DNA of 61,960 nucleotides. Source: Myxococcota bacterium. GTDB lineage: Bacteria > Myxococcota_A > UBA796 > SXON01. The stretch is from positions 1 through 61,960 of the forward strand of contig JAZKFH010000051.1 of the NCBI GenBank assembly GCA_040386535.1. The letters are read 5' to 3'. Below are positions 29,140 to 38,109 of this stretch, one piece after another; positions within the stretch are counted from its first letter, which is position 1; each line of letters starts with the position of its first letter. The notes beneath the pieces were generated by a model that saw only the letters and a list, made by a program, of their open reading frames with translations, ran no database searches and was not told the origin of the DNA. The translations under genes and the position numbers were made by a program.

Positions 29140-30357
29140 ATGAAGAACGTCGCAATCGTCTACGGCGGGCGCTCCGTCGAGCACGAGATCTCGGTCATCA
29201 CCGCGCTCGAGGCCGCCCAGGCCATCGACACGACGCAGTACAAGGTCACCCTCGTCTACATCGACCTGCACGGGCGCTGGTGGACCGGGGACAAGCTCAA
29301 GGAACGCTCGTTCTACGCGGCGTTCCACGGCCGCACCGAGGGCGCCAAGCTCGAGGTCGAGGAGGTCACGCTCCTCCCGACGCCGGGCATCGGCGGCCTG
29401 GTCCGCGGGACGCGGGAGGGCGTGCTCGCGTCGGTCGCGCGGCTGTTCGGCGGCGGCCCCAAGAAGGACGTGGTGCTCCCGGTCGACGTGTGGATGCCGC
29501 TCCTGCACGGCACCTACGGCGAGGACGGCTGCATCCAGGGCCTGTTCGAGCTCACCGAGCTGCCCTACACGGGGGCCCCCGTGCGCGCGGCGGCCGTCGG
29601 CATGAGCAAGCCCACGACCAAGGCGTTGGCGGCCCAGCGCGGCGTGCCCGTGCTCCCTTGGGAGGTCGTCGAGCAGCACCAGTGGAGCACGCGAGACCCC
29701 GGTCCGGTGATCGAGCGGCTCACGACGCTCGGCCCCTGGCCGCTCTTCGTCAAGCCCGCCAACCTCGGCTCCAGCGTGGGCGTGGCGAAGGTGGACGACG
29801 CCCCGGGCCTCATCGCAGCGCTGGTCAAGGTCTTCCAGCACGACACCCAGGCCATCGTAGAGCCGTGCGTCGTCGATCTGTCCGAGATCAACGTGTCCGT
29901 GCGCCGCGAGAACGGCGCCCCGGTCGCCTCGGTCGTCGAGATGCCCGTGCGCCGCTCCAAGTCGGGCGTGCTCACCTACGAGGACAAGTACGTCGGCCCC
30001 GGCGGCAAGAAGAAGGCCCCGAGCGCCGGCATGGCGACCATGGCACGGGTCACCGACCCTCCCGAGCTGCCCCAGGCGTTCAAGGACGCCGCGCGCGCCC
30101 ACGCCTGCACGGTCTACGACGCCCTCGGCTGCCAGGGCGTGTCCCGCATCGACTTCATCCTCGACGGCGCCCGCGGGGCCCTCTACTTCAATGAGATCAA
30201 CACCTTGCCGGGCTCGGTGGCGCACTACCTGTGGTCGGCGTCATCGCCTTCGCTCACGTACACGGAGCTCCTCACCGCGATGATCGCCGAGGCCGAAGCG
30301 CGGCGCGCGTCGGAGCGGCGGATCTCGCGGGAGTTCGGGTTCAAGGCGTTGAAGTAG
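29140..30357 (+). CDS. ddl: D-alanine--D-alanine ligase family ATP-grasp protein
   Basis: GGRSVEHEIS, LHGTYGEDG, KPANLGSSVGV, YEDKY, RIDF, NEINTLPGS. Confidence 0.9.
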   Translation: MKNVAIVYGGRSVEHEISVITALEAAQAIDTTQYKVTLVYIDLHGRWWTGDKLKERSFYAAFHGRTEGAKLEVEEVTLLPTPGIGGLVRGTREGVLASVARLFGGGPKKDVVLPVDVWMPLLHGTYGEDGCIQGLFELTELPYTGAPVRAAAVGMSKPTTKALAAQRGVPVLPWEVVEQHQWSTRDPGPVIERLTTLGPWPLFVKPANLGSSVGVAKVDDAPGLIAALVKVFQHDTQAIVEPCVVDLSEINVSVRRENGAPVASVVEMPVRRSKSGVLTYEDKYVGPGGKKKAPSAGMATMARVTDPPELPQAFKDAARAHACTVYDALGCQGVSRIDFILDGARGALYFNEINTLPGSVAHYLWSASSPSLTYTELLTAMIAEAEARRASERRISREFGFKALK

Positions 30358-30367
30358 GGGCCGTCGA

Positions 30368-30934
30368 TCAGCGCGTCCCCGGCTGCGTCACCATACAAGG
30401 CTCCGTCTCCGCCCCGAGCCGCTGGCCGAGCGTGCACGCCTGGTCGAGGTGGCCCATGACGGCCTCGCGCTGGCGCGTGAGCATCGCCTGGAGTTGCTGG
30501 GACTGAGCCGCGGGGATGAGCACCTCTTCGAGGGTGCGCAGCTCCTCGCGGTGATGCGCGATCGTGTCCGTGAGGAAGCGCTGGTCGAGCTCCGCGCCGG
30601 GCTCCTTGGCCCACAACATCTCGGTCATCTTGGTGGATGCGGCGAGGTCCTTGCGGAGGTTACGACTGTCCTTCGCCTGGATGCCGGCCTGCTCCTGGTA
30701 GCTCAACAGGCGCGTGGCGGCGTCGCCGTGGTCCTCGAGCAGGCGCATCGCGTAGGCGCGCACCACCGGGTCCTGGGCGCGCGCGGCCATGGTCGCGGCC
30801 ACCATCGCCTCGCCCGTGTTCGACGCGAGCGCCGCCCCGAGTGCCTGCGCCTCGTCGAGGGCCTTCTCGGCCGCGTGGGCGGGCCCCACCAGCCCCAGGA
30901 ATCCAGCCAGAAACAGATATCGAATGCCTCGCAT
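30368..30934 (-). CDS. DUF4142 domain secreted protein
   Basis: Signal ending AHA; VRAYAMRLLEDH, LDQRFLTDTIAHH, VMGHL. Confidence 0.75.
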   Translation of the reverse strand: MRGIRYLFLAGFLGLVGPAHAAEKALDEAQALGAALASNTGEAMVAATMAARAQDPVVRAYAMRLLEDHGDAATRLLSYQEQAGIQAKDSRNLRKDLAASTKMTEMLWAKEPGAELDQRFLTDTIAHHREELRTLEEVLIPAAQSQQLQAMLTRQREAVMGHLDQACTLGQRLGAETEPCMVTQPGTR

Positions 30935-31015
30935 CTCCATCCCCCGTTCGAACGGGATGTAGCCACAGGATGGGGGTCAGTGGGTCCGCGGCGCGACGAC
31001 GGGCTACGCGAGGGC

Positions 31016-31375
31016 ATGTTCCTCCTCGTCGCCCTCCTCGGATGTACCCATCCGGTCTACCAGACCGGCCTCGCCAGCTGGTACGGCAAGGAGCTGGCGG
31101 GCCGCCCCACGGCGAGCGGCGAGCCGTTCCGCCCGAGCCTCCGCACCGCCGCGCACCCCACGCTCCCGTTCGGCACGGTGCTCAAGGTGACCCGCACGGA
31201 CACGGGCCGGCACGTGCGCGTCGTGGTCAACGACCGCGGGCCGTACGCGAAGGGGCGCATCCTCGACCTGGCGCAGTCCGCGGCCAAGCGGTTGGACATG
31301 GTGCGGGCGGGCGTCGCCAAGGTCGAGGTGCGCGTAGTGGGGTGCCGGCGGCGGTACGGGAAGTGCCCGGACTAG
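31016..31375 (+). CDS. rlpA: RlpA-family lytic transglycosylase lipoprotein
   Basis: LLGC lipobox, GLASWYG, TASGE, TAAHPTLPFGT, VNDRGPY, ILDL. Confidence 0.9.
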   Translation: MFLLVALLGCTHPVYQTGLASWYGKELAGRPTASGEPFRPSLRTAAHPTLPFGTVLKVTRTDTGRHVRVVVNDRGPYAKGRILDLAQSAAKRLDMVRAGVAKVEVRVVGCRRRYGKCPD

Positions 31376-31390
31376 GCGCGTACGTCCCTG

Positions 31391-31717
31391 TCAGTCGTGA
31401 TCGTGGTGGTGGCGATCGTGCTTGCCATCGTGGTGGCCGTCGTGGTCCCGATGCCGGGAGTACCTCCGGTCGTTGTGGTCCCACGAATCGTCGTCGTGGC
31501 CGCGCTCGTGGTGGCCCCACTTGCCGTGATGGTCCCAGTCGTCGTCGTGGTCGCGCTTGTGGTGGTCCCACTTGTCGTCATGGTCCCAGTCGTCGTCATG
31601 GTCCCGCTTGTCGTCGTGGTCCCACTTGTTGTCGTCGTGATCCCAGTCGTTCGCGTGGGCCAACGGCGCGCCCGCCAAACTGAGTGTGACCAATGCTGCG
31701 TAGAGAAGCCGCTTCAT
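31391..31717 (-). CDS. Secreted His/Asp/Trp-repeat protein (108 aa)
   Basis: SD GGAGGT, signal peptide ending AHA, mature chain made of WDHDDK/RDHDDD repeats. Confidence 0.75.
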   Translation of the reverse strand: MKRLLYAALVTLSLAGAPLAHANDWDHDDNKWDHDDKRDHDDDWDHDDKWDHHKRDHDDDWDHHGKWGHHERGHDDDSWDHNDRRYSRHRDHDGHHDGKHDRHHHDHD

Positions 31718-31845
31718 GAGAACCTCCGTCGTGAGTCGCGTGCGTGGGTGCACGTGCCGTCGGGAAAAGTCGTCGCGGCCACGCAGCCTGGCAGTCTCGT
31801 TTTGTGGGAATGGCTCGCCGAGCCGCGGCGGCGTAGGAGGCGCGC

Positions 31846-32466
31846 ATGGACGACGCCCGCGCCCACCCCGTCGCCCCGCCACCGCAAGACCCCGTCCTGC
31901 TGGGGAAATGTTTCGGCTGCCGCATGCCGCCGTTCGCGTGTTTCTGCGCCGAGATCCCGGTCATTCACACGGCCACGCGGTTCGTGCTCGTGCGGCATTG
32001 CGCGGAGATCGCCCGCACCTCCAACACCGGGCGGGTGGTGGCCCGCGCCCTGCCGAACTGCACGATGTTCGACCACGGGGTCGCCGGGCAGCCGCTCGAC
32101 CTGACGGGCAGCGTCGGCCCGGAGGCCTGGGTGTTGTACCCGGGCTCGACGCCGCCGCGGCCCGCCGCGCCGATCCGCACCATCGTCGTGCTCGACGGGA
32201 GCTGGTCCCACGTGCGTGGCATGCGCCGGCGCATCCCACCGCTGGACACGTTGCCGTCGTTGAGCCTGCCGGCGCCCCTGGTCGCGCCGCTGCGCATCCG
32301 CCGGGGGGAGCTGCCCGAGCAGCTCGCCACCATCGAGGCCGTGGCCGCGGCGCTCGATTTTGTGGGCGAGCCGGAGCCGGCGGCGCAGGTCCGCGCGCTC
32401 TTCGCGCTCATGGCGGGCCGGATGCGGGATCTGCGGGGCTTCGAGATGCCACCGAAGCGGCGATAA
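31846..32466 (+). CDS. DTW-domain tRNA-uridine aminocarboxypropyltransferase
   Basis: C..C....C.C N-terminus, H..E...SNTG, LYP, LDGSW (DTW motif), LATIEA. Confidence 0.85.
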   Translation: MDDARAHPVAPPPQDPVLLGKCFGCRMPPFACFCAEIPVIHTATRFVLVRHCAEIARTSNTGRVVARALPNCTMFDHGVAGQPLDLTGSVGPEAWVLYPGSTPPRPAAPIRTIVVLDGSWSHVRGMRRRIPPLDTLPSLSLPAPLVAPLRIRRGELPEQLATIEAVAAALDFVGEPEPAAQVRALFALMAGRMRDLRGFEMPPKRR

Positions 32467-32482
32467 CCTCGGTGCCGGGGCG

Positions 32483-33166
32483 TCAGCGTCCGAGGAGCTT
32501 CCGCACGAGCCCGCGGAGCCGGGAGGGCCGGGCGCCGGCGTCGACAGGGTTCGCGCCCGCCTTCGCGCCGTTCGTCACGCCCGGGGCCACGCGCGCGGGC
32601 GGCTCGATCGCCACGGACGCGGCGGCCTCGATGAGCTTGTTGATGTCGTCGTCGTCGCGGATGCCGGGCCCGAGGATCGGCGTGGCGCCGGCCTCGACGG
32701 CGTTCGCGCCCGGCACCCACACCCAGTCCGACGGATCGAGGCCGGAGAGGGCTTCCTCCGCCTCGAGCGTGCGGCGGACCGGCACGTTGCCGCGCCCGTC
32801 GTACATCAGGCGGCTGACGAGCTGGCCCTGCTCGAACCGAGCGTGGCCGCCGGCGGCGTTGACCTCGTCGTAGAACAGGTAGACGGCCTGCCCGTGCCGC
32901 GCGGAGAGGGTCTCGCCGAGCACGCGCTCGACCTCGTCCGCGGCGGGGAGGTCCTGCTGGTCGAGCAGGAGGAGGCCGCCCACCTCGAACAGGCGCAGGC
33001 CGATGTGCGTGTAGGGGCGCCCGTCGCGCGTGCCGTGGCCCACGCGCAGGGCCTCGTCGCCGCGGAGCTCCTCGGGGTTCACCCCGGGGGCGCGCCAGAG
33101 CAGGGCGCCGATCTCGTCGGCCGGGACGTGCCCGGGCAGGAACAGGCCGGTGTTTCGCTCGGACAT
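32483..33166 (-). CDS. Hypothetical protein
   Basis: ATG overlaps the upstream TGA; coding-like composition (YLFYDEVNAAGGHARF). Confidence 0.7.
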   Translation of the reverse strand: MSERNTGLFLPGHVPADEIGALLWRAPGVNPEELRGDEALRVGHGTRDGRPYTHIGLRLFEVGGLLLLDQQDLPAADEVERVLGETLSARHGQAVYLFYDEVNAAGGHARFEQGQLVSRLMYDGRGNVPVRRTLEAEEALSGLDPSDWVWVPGANAVEAGATPILGPGIRDDDDINKLIEAAASVAIEPPARVAPGVTNGAKAGANPVDAGARPSRLRGLVRKLLGR

Positions 33167-33849
33167 CAGAAGTCGACCTCGCACCAGGTGGCGGTGAAGC
33201 TGGCGCGGATCTCGCCGGCGTCGTCGTCGTCGTCCCTGTCCTTCAGATCGCCCGCGAGGCGCGCCGACAGCGACCGTTCGTCCATCAACCGGCCGACCTC
33301 GAGCTCGCCGTCGTCGAGCGTCCACTGGTCGGTCTTGGTCTCGAGATCGTCGTAATCGACGCCGCAGTTGTCGTCCCGGTCCTCGTCCACGTCCCAGTCG
33401 GCGAGGTACGCGGCGTACGGGCTGTTCTCGTAGTAGGTCAGCGTGCCGCTGAGCGAGCGCTTGTTGTCGCCGACCTCGTAGGTCTCCTCGTCGGGCTCGG
33501 TGCTCCCGCCTTCGTAGACGCCGAGCGACAAGGTGTGGACGCCCTCGTGGAACAACGCGTCGCCCGCGCGCGCGACCGCCATCGTGAGGTCATGGGACTC
33601 CTCGCAGAAATCGTCCTGGTCGAAGTCGTCGATCTCCTGGGCGAGGTCCTTGGTCGTCTCGGCGAAGGCCACCCACTTCGCGCAGGCGTTCGGTACGTTG
33701 GTCAAGACGACGGAATCGTAGTTGGAGTCGTCCCAGTGGAGCCACACCGCCGAGGCGGCCCCGCCGAAGGGCGCGAGCTCTTCGAGCTGCACCGAGCCGG
33801 CGCAACCGGCGAGGGCGAAGAGGGGAAGGACGCACGCGAGGCGGATCAT
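33166..33849 (-). CDS. Acidic lipoprotein, unknown function
   Basis: SD GGAG, lipobox LAGC, C-terminal FTATWC motif. Confidence 0.75.
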   Translation of the reverse strand: MIRLACVLPLFALAGCAGSVQLEELAPFGGAASAVWLHWDDSNYDSVVLTNVPNACAKWVAFAETTKDLAQEIDDFDQDDFCEESHDLTMAVARAGDALFHEGVHTLSLGVYEGGSTEPDEETYEVGDNKRSLSGTLTYYENSPYAAYLADWDVDEDRDDNCGVDYDDLETKTDQWTLDDGELEVGRLMDERSLSARLAGDLKDRDDDDDAGEIRASFTATWCEVDF

Positions 33850-33933
33850 GGAACTCCATCGGGACGGAGCCTGTACCCGATCGGCGGGTGGATGGCTCCC
33901 GGCCCCGGTTCCGGGGACGGCGGAGGGTAAGCT

Positions 33934-34647
33934 GTGGACGTGCCCCTCCTCGTGACCGCCCTTCGCCACTTCCTGCCGCTCGCGGCCCTCTTGTCGCTCG
34001 CGGGCGCGGCGCGCGCGGCCGGTACCGACGAGGCCCCGTGGTCGGGCCTGCACGACGGTTTTCACGTTCCGGCCTTTGTGGGCTTCCCCGTGGTCACGTC
34101 CGCCGCGGAGGCGGTGGTCATCTTCAAGAACGGGTCCGGCTTCTTCGTCTCGGCCGACGGCGACGTGCTCACCAACCAGCACGTGGCCCAGGCCGTCGGG
34201 CCGACCGGGACGATCTACCGGGGGTACGTGGAGGGCCGCCCAACGGGCACGCCGCTCGAAGCCTTCGTGGTGCGCCGCGTCGCGACGGACGCGCGGGCCG
34301 ATCTCGCGCTGTACCGCGCGAGCGTCCCCGGCCCGGTGCCCTTCCTCTCGCTCCGCGACGCGCCGCCCGTGGTGGGCGAGCCCGTGTTCATGGTGAGCCA
34401 CCCGAACCAGACCTCGCAGCGCGTCTCGTTCGGGCACCTCCTCGCCGCCCCATCCGTGCGCGCCCTCCATCACGACGCGGCGACCTCGTGGGGGAGCTCC
34501 GGCGCGCCGGTCCTCGACACGAAGGGGGCGGTGGTCGGGGTCCACAGCGAGTGGTTCACGGAGGGCGGAGAGGCGTGGAGCGTCGGCATTCCCTCGGCGT
34601 ACGTCGCTCGGTTCGTCGCGCGGGCGCGCACGGCGGGAGCACGTTGA
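33934..34647 (+). CDS. Secreted trypsin-like serine protease
   Basis: GSGFFV, LTNQHV (His), ADLAL (Asp), GSSGAPV (Ser); signal peptide. Start could be GTG 33940. Confidence 0.85.
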   Translation: MDVPLLVTALRHFLPLAALLSLAGAARAAGTDEAPWSGLHDGFHVPAFVGFPVVTSAAEAVVIFKNGSGFFVSADGDVLTNQHVAQAVGPTGTIYRGYVEGRPTGTPLEAFVVRRVATDARADLALYRASVPGPVPFLSLRDAPPVVGEPVFMVSHPNQTSQRVSFGHLLAAPSVRALHHDAATSWGSSGAPVLDTKGAVVGVHSEWFTEGGEAWSVGIPSAYVARFVARARTAGAR

Positions 34648-36917
34648 TGGACACGCTCGCCCCCGCCACGCGCGCGCTGGTCGGCGCCCTCTACACCTGC
34701 TGGGCGCACGGAGGGGGCAGCCATCGGGCGGACTGGCTCGACCTGTTCCGACTCGCGGAGCGTGACGCCACCCAGCGCGAGATCCTCGCGGAGCGCGGCG
34801 CGGCGCTCTCGATGCTCATCGGCGCGCCCGTGGAGGGGGAGGACGCCCAGCACGGCGCGATCCTGGCGGTGCAGACAGCGGCGGCGATCGTGGCGCGACT
34901 GGTGGCGCTCCGTGTCACGGAGCAGGAGGAGGGCCAGTTGGCGGCGCTCGCCACCGGGGCGGACGACGCGCTCCTCGTCTCCCTGGCGGGCGTGGGCGCG
35001 ACCCTCGACGCGCGCGGCGTGGTCGATCTCCTCGGGGGGGACCCGTTCGATTGGTACCTCGCAGGGATGGACGCGGCGGGGGTGGGCGCGCTGCGTGCCG
35101 TTGTCGCCGAGGTTGCGACGCTCGTGGTCCCGACCGGCGGCGAGGACCTGTTCGCGGCGCTCACGCAGGCGATCGTGCCGGCGGCGGTGCGCCACGCCCT
35201 CGGCGAGTTCTACACCCCCGGCTGGATCGCAGACATCGTGGTCGACACCGCCCTACGGTACGCCGGGGCGCCGCCCGATTGGCGCGGTGTCGACCCGTGC
35301 TGCGGCTCCGGGGCGTTCCTGCTCGCCCTCGCCCGCCGCGTGCTGGCCGACACGGAGGGCCGGCCCCGCGAGGAGCGGCTCCGCGCCGTGCTCGACCGCG
35401 TCGCGGGTGTGGATCTGCATCCGCTCGCCGTGCTCACCGCGCGGGTGAACCTGCTCGTCGTGATCGCGCCGTTGCTCGAGACGGGCGCTCGGGTGCGGAT
35501 CGCCGTGCACCGGGGGGATGCGACGCGCCCGGGGAACCACCACGCGGCGGTCGGCGCCGGGCGCTTCACCCTGGTGGTCGGCAACCCGCCGTGGGTGGAC
35601 TGGAAGCGCCTGCCGCCCGCCCAGCGCGCCACGCTCCGTGAGAACCCGGTGGCGCGGAACCTCCTCTCGGGGGACGGACTCGTGGGCGGCGTGAGCCTGA
35701 ACGTGTGCGCCGTGGTCGCGCACGCGGCGGCCGACGCGTGGCTCGCCGACGGCGGGGTGATGGGCCTCCTGATGCCGCGCTCGCTCGCGTTCCAGGCGAG
35801 CTACGCCTCGTTCCGTGCGATGCGTCGCGCCGACGGGGCCCCGCGCCGCGTCGTGGCCTTCGACGACTGGTCGGCCGTAGGCCATCCGTTCGCGCCGGTC
35901 ACCGAGCGGTTCCTCACCTGGTACGTCGGGGATGGGGCCGCGGAGCCCGACGACGCCTGCGTTCCCGTGACCCACTACCGTACGCGCCTCGGGACGTTGA
36001 CACACTTCGCCGGCGTGGCCGCGCCCGTCGGTGCGACCAACGCGTACACCTGGGCCGCTGACCGCGCCGAGCTCCGCCGGTTTGCCGCGGTCGCGGGAGA
36101 CTGCGCCTATGTCGGCCGCGAAGGTGTCGAGTTCTACCCGCAGGAGGTGTGGCTGTTCGAGGTGCTCGGGCCCGCGGCGGACGGCTGCGTGCGCGTGCGG
36201 AACTTCCAGGGGGACAAGTCCCGGTACCGCATCCCGGTGCGGGAGCTCGAGCTCGAGGCGGAGTGGCTCCATCCGCTCGTCAAGGGCGTGGATGTCGGGC
36301 GGTTCAGCGTCGCGACGTCCGGCCTCGTGGTGCCGTTTCCCTACGCCGACGGCGAGCGGTTCCCGGTGCCGATGGCGACGCTCCGCGCGCGGGCGCCGCG
36401 GCTGGCCGCGTGGCTCACCGAGCACGCCCCCCTCCTGGCCGCGCAGACCCCCTACAACGCGCGCATCGTCGGGCGTCCCGACGCCGAGCCGCACGCGCTC
36501 GCCCGTGTCGGCCGCTACTCGTTCGCCCGCGCCTGGGTGGCCTTCCGCGACAACACGCGCTGGGGCGCCACCGTCGTGACCGCGATGGACACGGAGTGGG
36601 GTGGCGCGCGGCTGCCGCGGTTCCAGAACCACGCGGTCTCGATGTGCGAGCGCGCCGATGGTAGCTGGATCACGGAGGACGAGGCCCACTACGTGTGCGC
36701 GGCCCTGAACGCGCCGCTCGTCGCGCGGTTCCTGGCGGCCTCCTCGGACGCGCGCTCGTTCAAGATCCGGCCGCCGGTGCGGGTGCCGCTGTACGAGCCG
36801 GACGCCTCGACCCATCGCGCGCTCGCCGCGCTCTCGCGCCGGGGGCACGCGGGGGAGAATGTCGATGCGGAGCTGGATGGGGCGTACCTCGCGGCGGTGG
36901 GGCGGGGGGGTGGGTAG
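34647..36917 (+). CDS. N6-adenine/N4-cytosine DNA methyltransferase (gamma class, Eco57I/TaqI-like) with target-recognition region
   Basis: TGATG overlap; GEFYTP, DPCCGSGAFL (motif I), VVGNPPW (motif IV); no nuclease motif seen. Confidence 0.85.
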   Translation: MDTLAPATRALVGALYTCWAHGGGSHRADWLDLFRLAERDATQREILAERGAALSMLIGAPVEGEDAQHGAILAVQTAAAIVARLVALRVTEQEEGQLAALATGADDALLVSLAGVGATLDARGVVDLLGGDPFDWYLAGMDAAGVGALRAVVAEVATLVVPTGGEDLFAALTQAIVPAAVRHALGEFYTPGWIADIVVDTALRYAGAPPDWRGVDPCCGSGAFLLALARRVLADTEGRPREERLRAVLDRVAGVDLHPLAVLTARVNLLVVIAPLLETGARVRIAVHRGDATRPGNHHAAVGAGRFTLVVGNPPWVDWKRLPPAQRATLRENPVARNLLSGDGLVGGVSLNVCAVVAHAAADAWLADGGVMGLLMPRSLAFQASYASFRAMRRADGAPRRVVAFDDWSAVGHPFAPVTERFLTWYVGDGAAEPDDACVPVTHYRTRLGTLTHFAGVAAPVGATNAYTWAADRAELRRFAAVAGDCAYVGREGVEFYPQEVWLFEVLGPAADGCVRVRNFQGDKSRYRIPVRELELEAEWLHPLVKGVDVGRFSVATSGLVVPFPYADGERFPVPMATLRARAPRLAAWLTEHAPLLAAQTPYNARIVGRPDAEPHALARVGRYSFARAWVAFRDNTRWGATVVTAMDTEWGGARLPRFQNHAVSMCERADGSWITEDEAHYVCAALNAPLVARFLAASSDARSFKIRPPVRVPLYEPDASTHRALAALSRRGHAGENVDAELDGAYLAAVGRGGG

Positions 36918-37065
36918 GGCGAGAGGCATCGGAGAAGGAGAAGGCATCGGAGAAGCAGGAAGGCAGGAATAGAGGAGGGCAGGAGTCGGAGGGGAGGGAG
37001 GCAGGAAGGCAGGAAGGCATCGGAGAATCAGGAAGGCAGGAATCGGAAGGCAGGGAGGCATCGGC
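36918..37065 (+). repeat. Purine-rich direct-repeat cluster 1
   Basis: GGCATCGGAGAA(G/T)CAGGAAGGCAGGAAT at 36943 and 37016; seven CAGGA motifs. Confidence 0.85.
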
Positions 37066-37113
37066 GAACGCGCGGGCCGAGTGGGCGGCGGGCTCGGCCA
37101 CAGGCCGAACTTC

Positions 37114-37302
37114 GGGGTCATGCCTCCGTGAATGCCGGGAAATCGGAGTCATGTCCCCTTGAACGCCCGAATTTACGGGATCTGGGACCTGCGCGAACGG
37201 ACGAAGCGTCATTTCCGCCGGGTCGCGTGGCGGCGGGTGCCACTTTCGCGCATCCAGGGTGGCATGACTCGGGAAAACGCTCATTCGCGGCGGCATGACC
37301 TC
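37114..37302 (+). other. Long imperfect inverted repeat (~190 nt); candidate structured RNA or MITE
   Basis: GGGGTCATGCCTCCGTGAATG pairs with CATTCGCGGCGGCATGACCTC; GAGTCATGTC pairs with GGCATGACTC; CCCT pairs with AGGG. Several mismatches are G-U compatible on the + strand. Confidence 0.6.
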
Positions 37303-37369
37303 ACGCAGGGATGGCGACGCCCTCGATTGGTAGGGAACTGAGGAACGACGGACCGGGGGAAGGCGGGAA

Positions 37370-37430
37370 GGCATCGGAGAATCAGGAAGGCAGGAATAGA
37401 GGAAGGCAGGAATTTGGAGGGGAGGGAGGC
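37370..37430 (+). repeat. Purine-rich direct-repeat cluster 2
   Basis: ~60-bp near copy of 36943-37002; three CAGGA motifs. Confidence 0.85.
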
Positions 37431-37578
37431 CGCGGGGAGGACTCGGGGGACGCGCCGAGGTCGACCGGGCCGCGGTCGGCGCCACCTCGGAGCCCGCGAT
37501 CACGGCAATGTGAACCGCGCCGGGCACCGCGGCCCTCGCTGCTCGAAGCCCCGCCTCCGCCTCGAATCCGGCGCCGCC

Positions 37579-38109
37579 CTACCGTAGACCCGGGCCGAGG
37601 GGGACCATCGCCTCGTCGCGCATGTTGACGAGGACGGACTCGCCGGCGGCGTCGACGCGGAGCTCGCCGAACACGGCGGACGCGAAGCGGTCGGTCTGGC
37701 CTTCCTCGAAGTAGAAGGCGTCGGTGCCGACGCGCATCCAGCCGTCGCGGACGCGGTAGCGCAGGCGGAGCTCGCCCGGGGCGAGCGGGGCGCCGCGGCC
37801 GGGGGCATCACGGTCGAGGCGGACGAACGTGGCCTCGCCGCTCGGCTCGCGGCGCACGACGAGGAGGCCGTCGCGCGGGAGGTCGGGCGTGGCGCCGCGT
37901 GGATCCTGGCGGCTGGTGTTGACCGCGGCGTCCATCGCGTACGCGAGGCGCATGTAGTCGCCCTGGAGGAGCGAGCGCGGGTCGACCGGCGCGAGGCGCA
38001 GGAACACGACGGTGCCGTCGCGGAGGGTGCGCTCCTTGTGGGCGACGGCGATGCCGAGGCCCACGAGCACGACGAGGAGGTTGACGACGAGGACGAGGGG
38101 GCGGATCAC
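37579..38109 (-). CDS. GDYXXLXY domain protein
   Basis: LRLAPVDPRSLLQGDYMRLAY, FYFEEG; GTGA overlap. Confidence 0.9.
   Translation of the reverse strand: MIRPLVLVVNLLVVLVGLGIAVAHKERTLRDGTVVFLRLAPVDPRSLLQGDYMRLAYAMDAAVNTSRQDPRGATPDLPRDGLLVVRREPSGEATFVRLDRDAPGRGAPLAPGELRLRYRVRDGWMRVGTDAFYFEEGQTDRFASAVFGELRVDAAGESVLVNMRDEAMVPLGPGLR

Noticed and set aside
31397..32104. Val-rich + strand ORF resembling a membrane protein
   Set aside because: It is the antisense reading of the His/Asp repeat gene, which has the SD and signal peptide.
36695..37527. ORFs across the purine-rich repeats and hairpin (e.g. 37132..37341)
   Set aside because: They translate repeat DNA, with no SD or recognisable motif.
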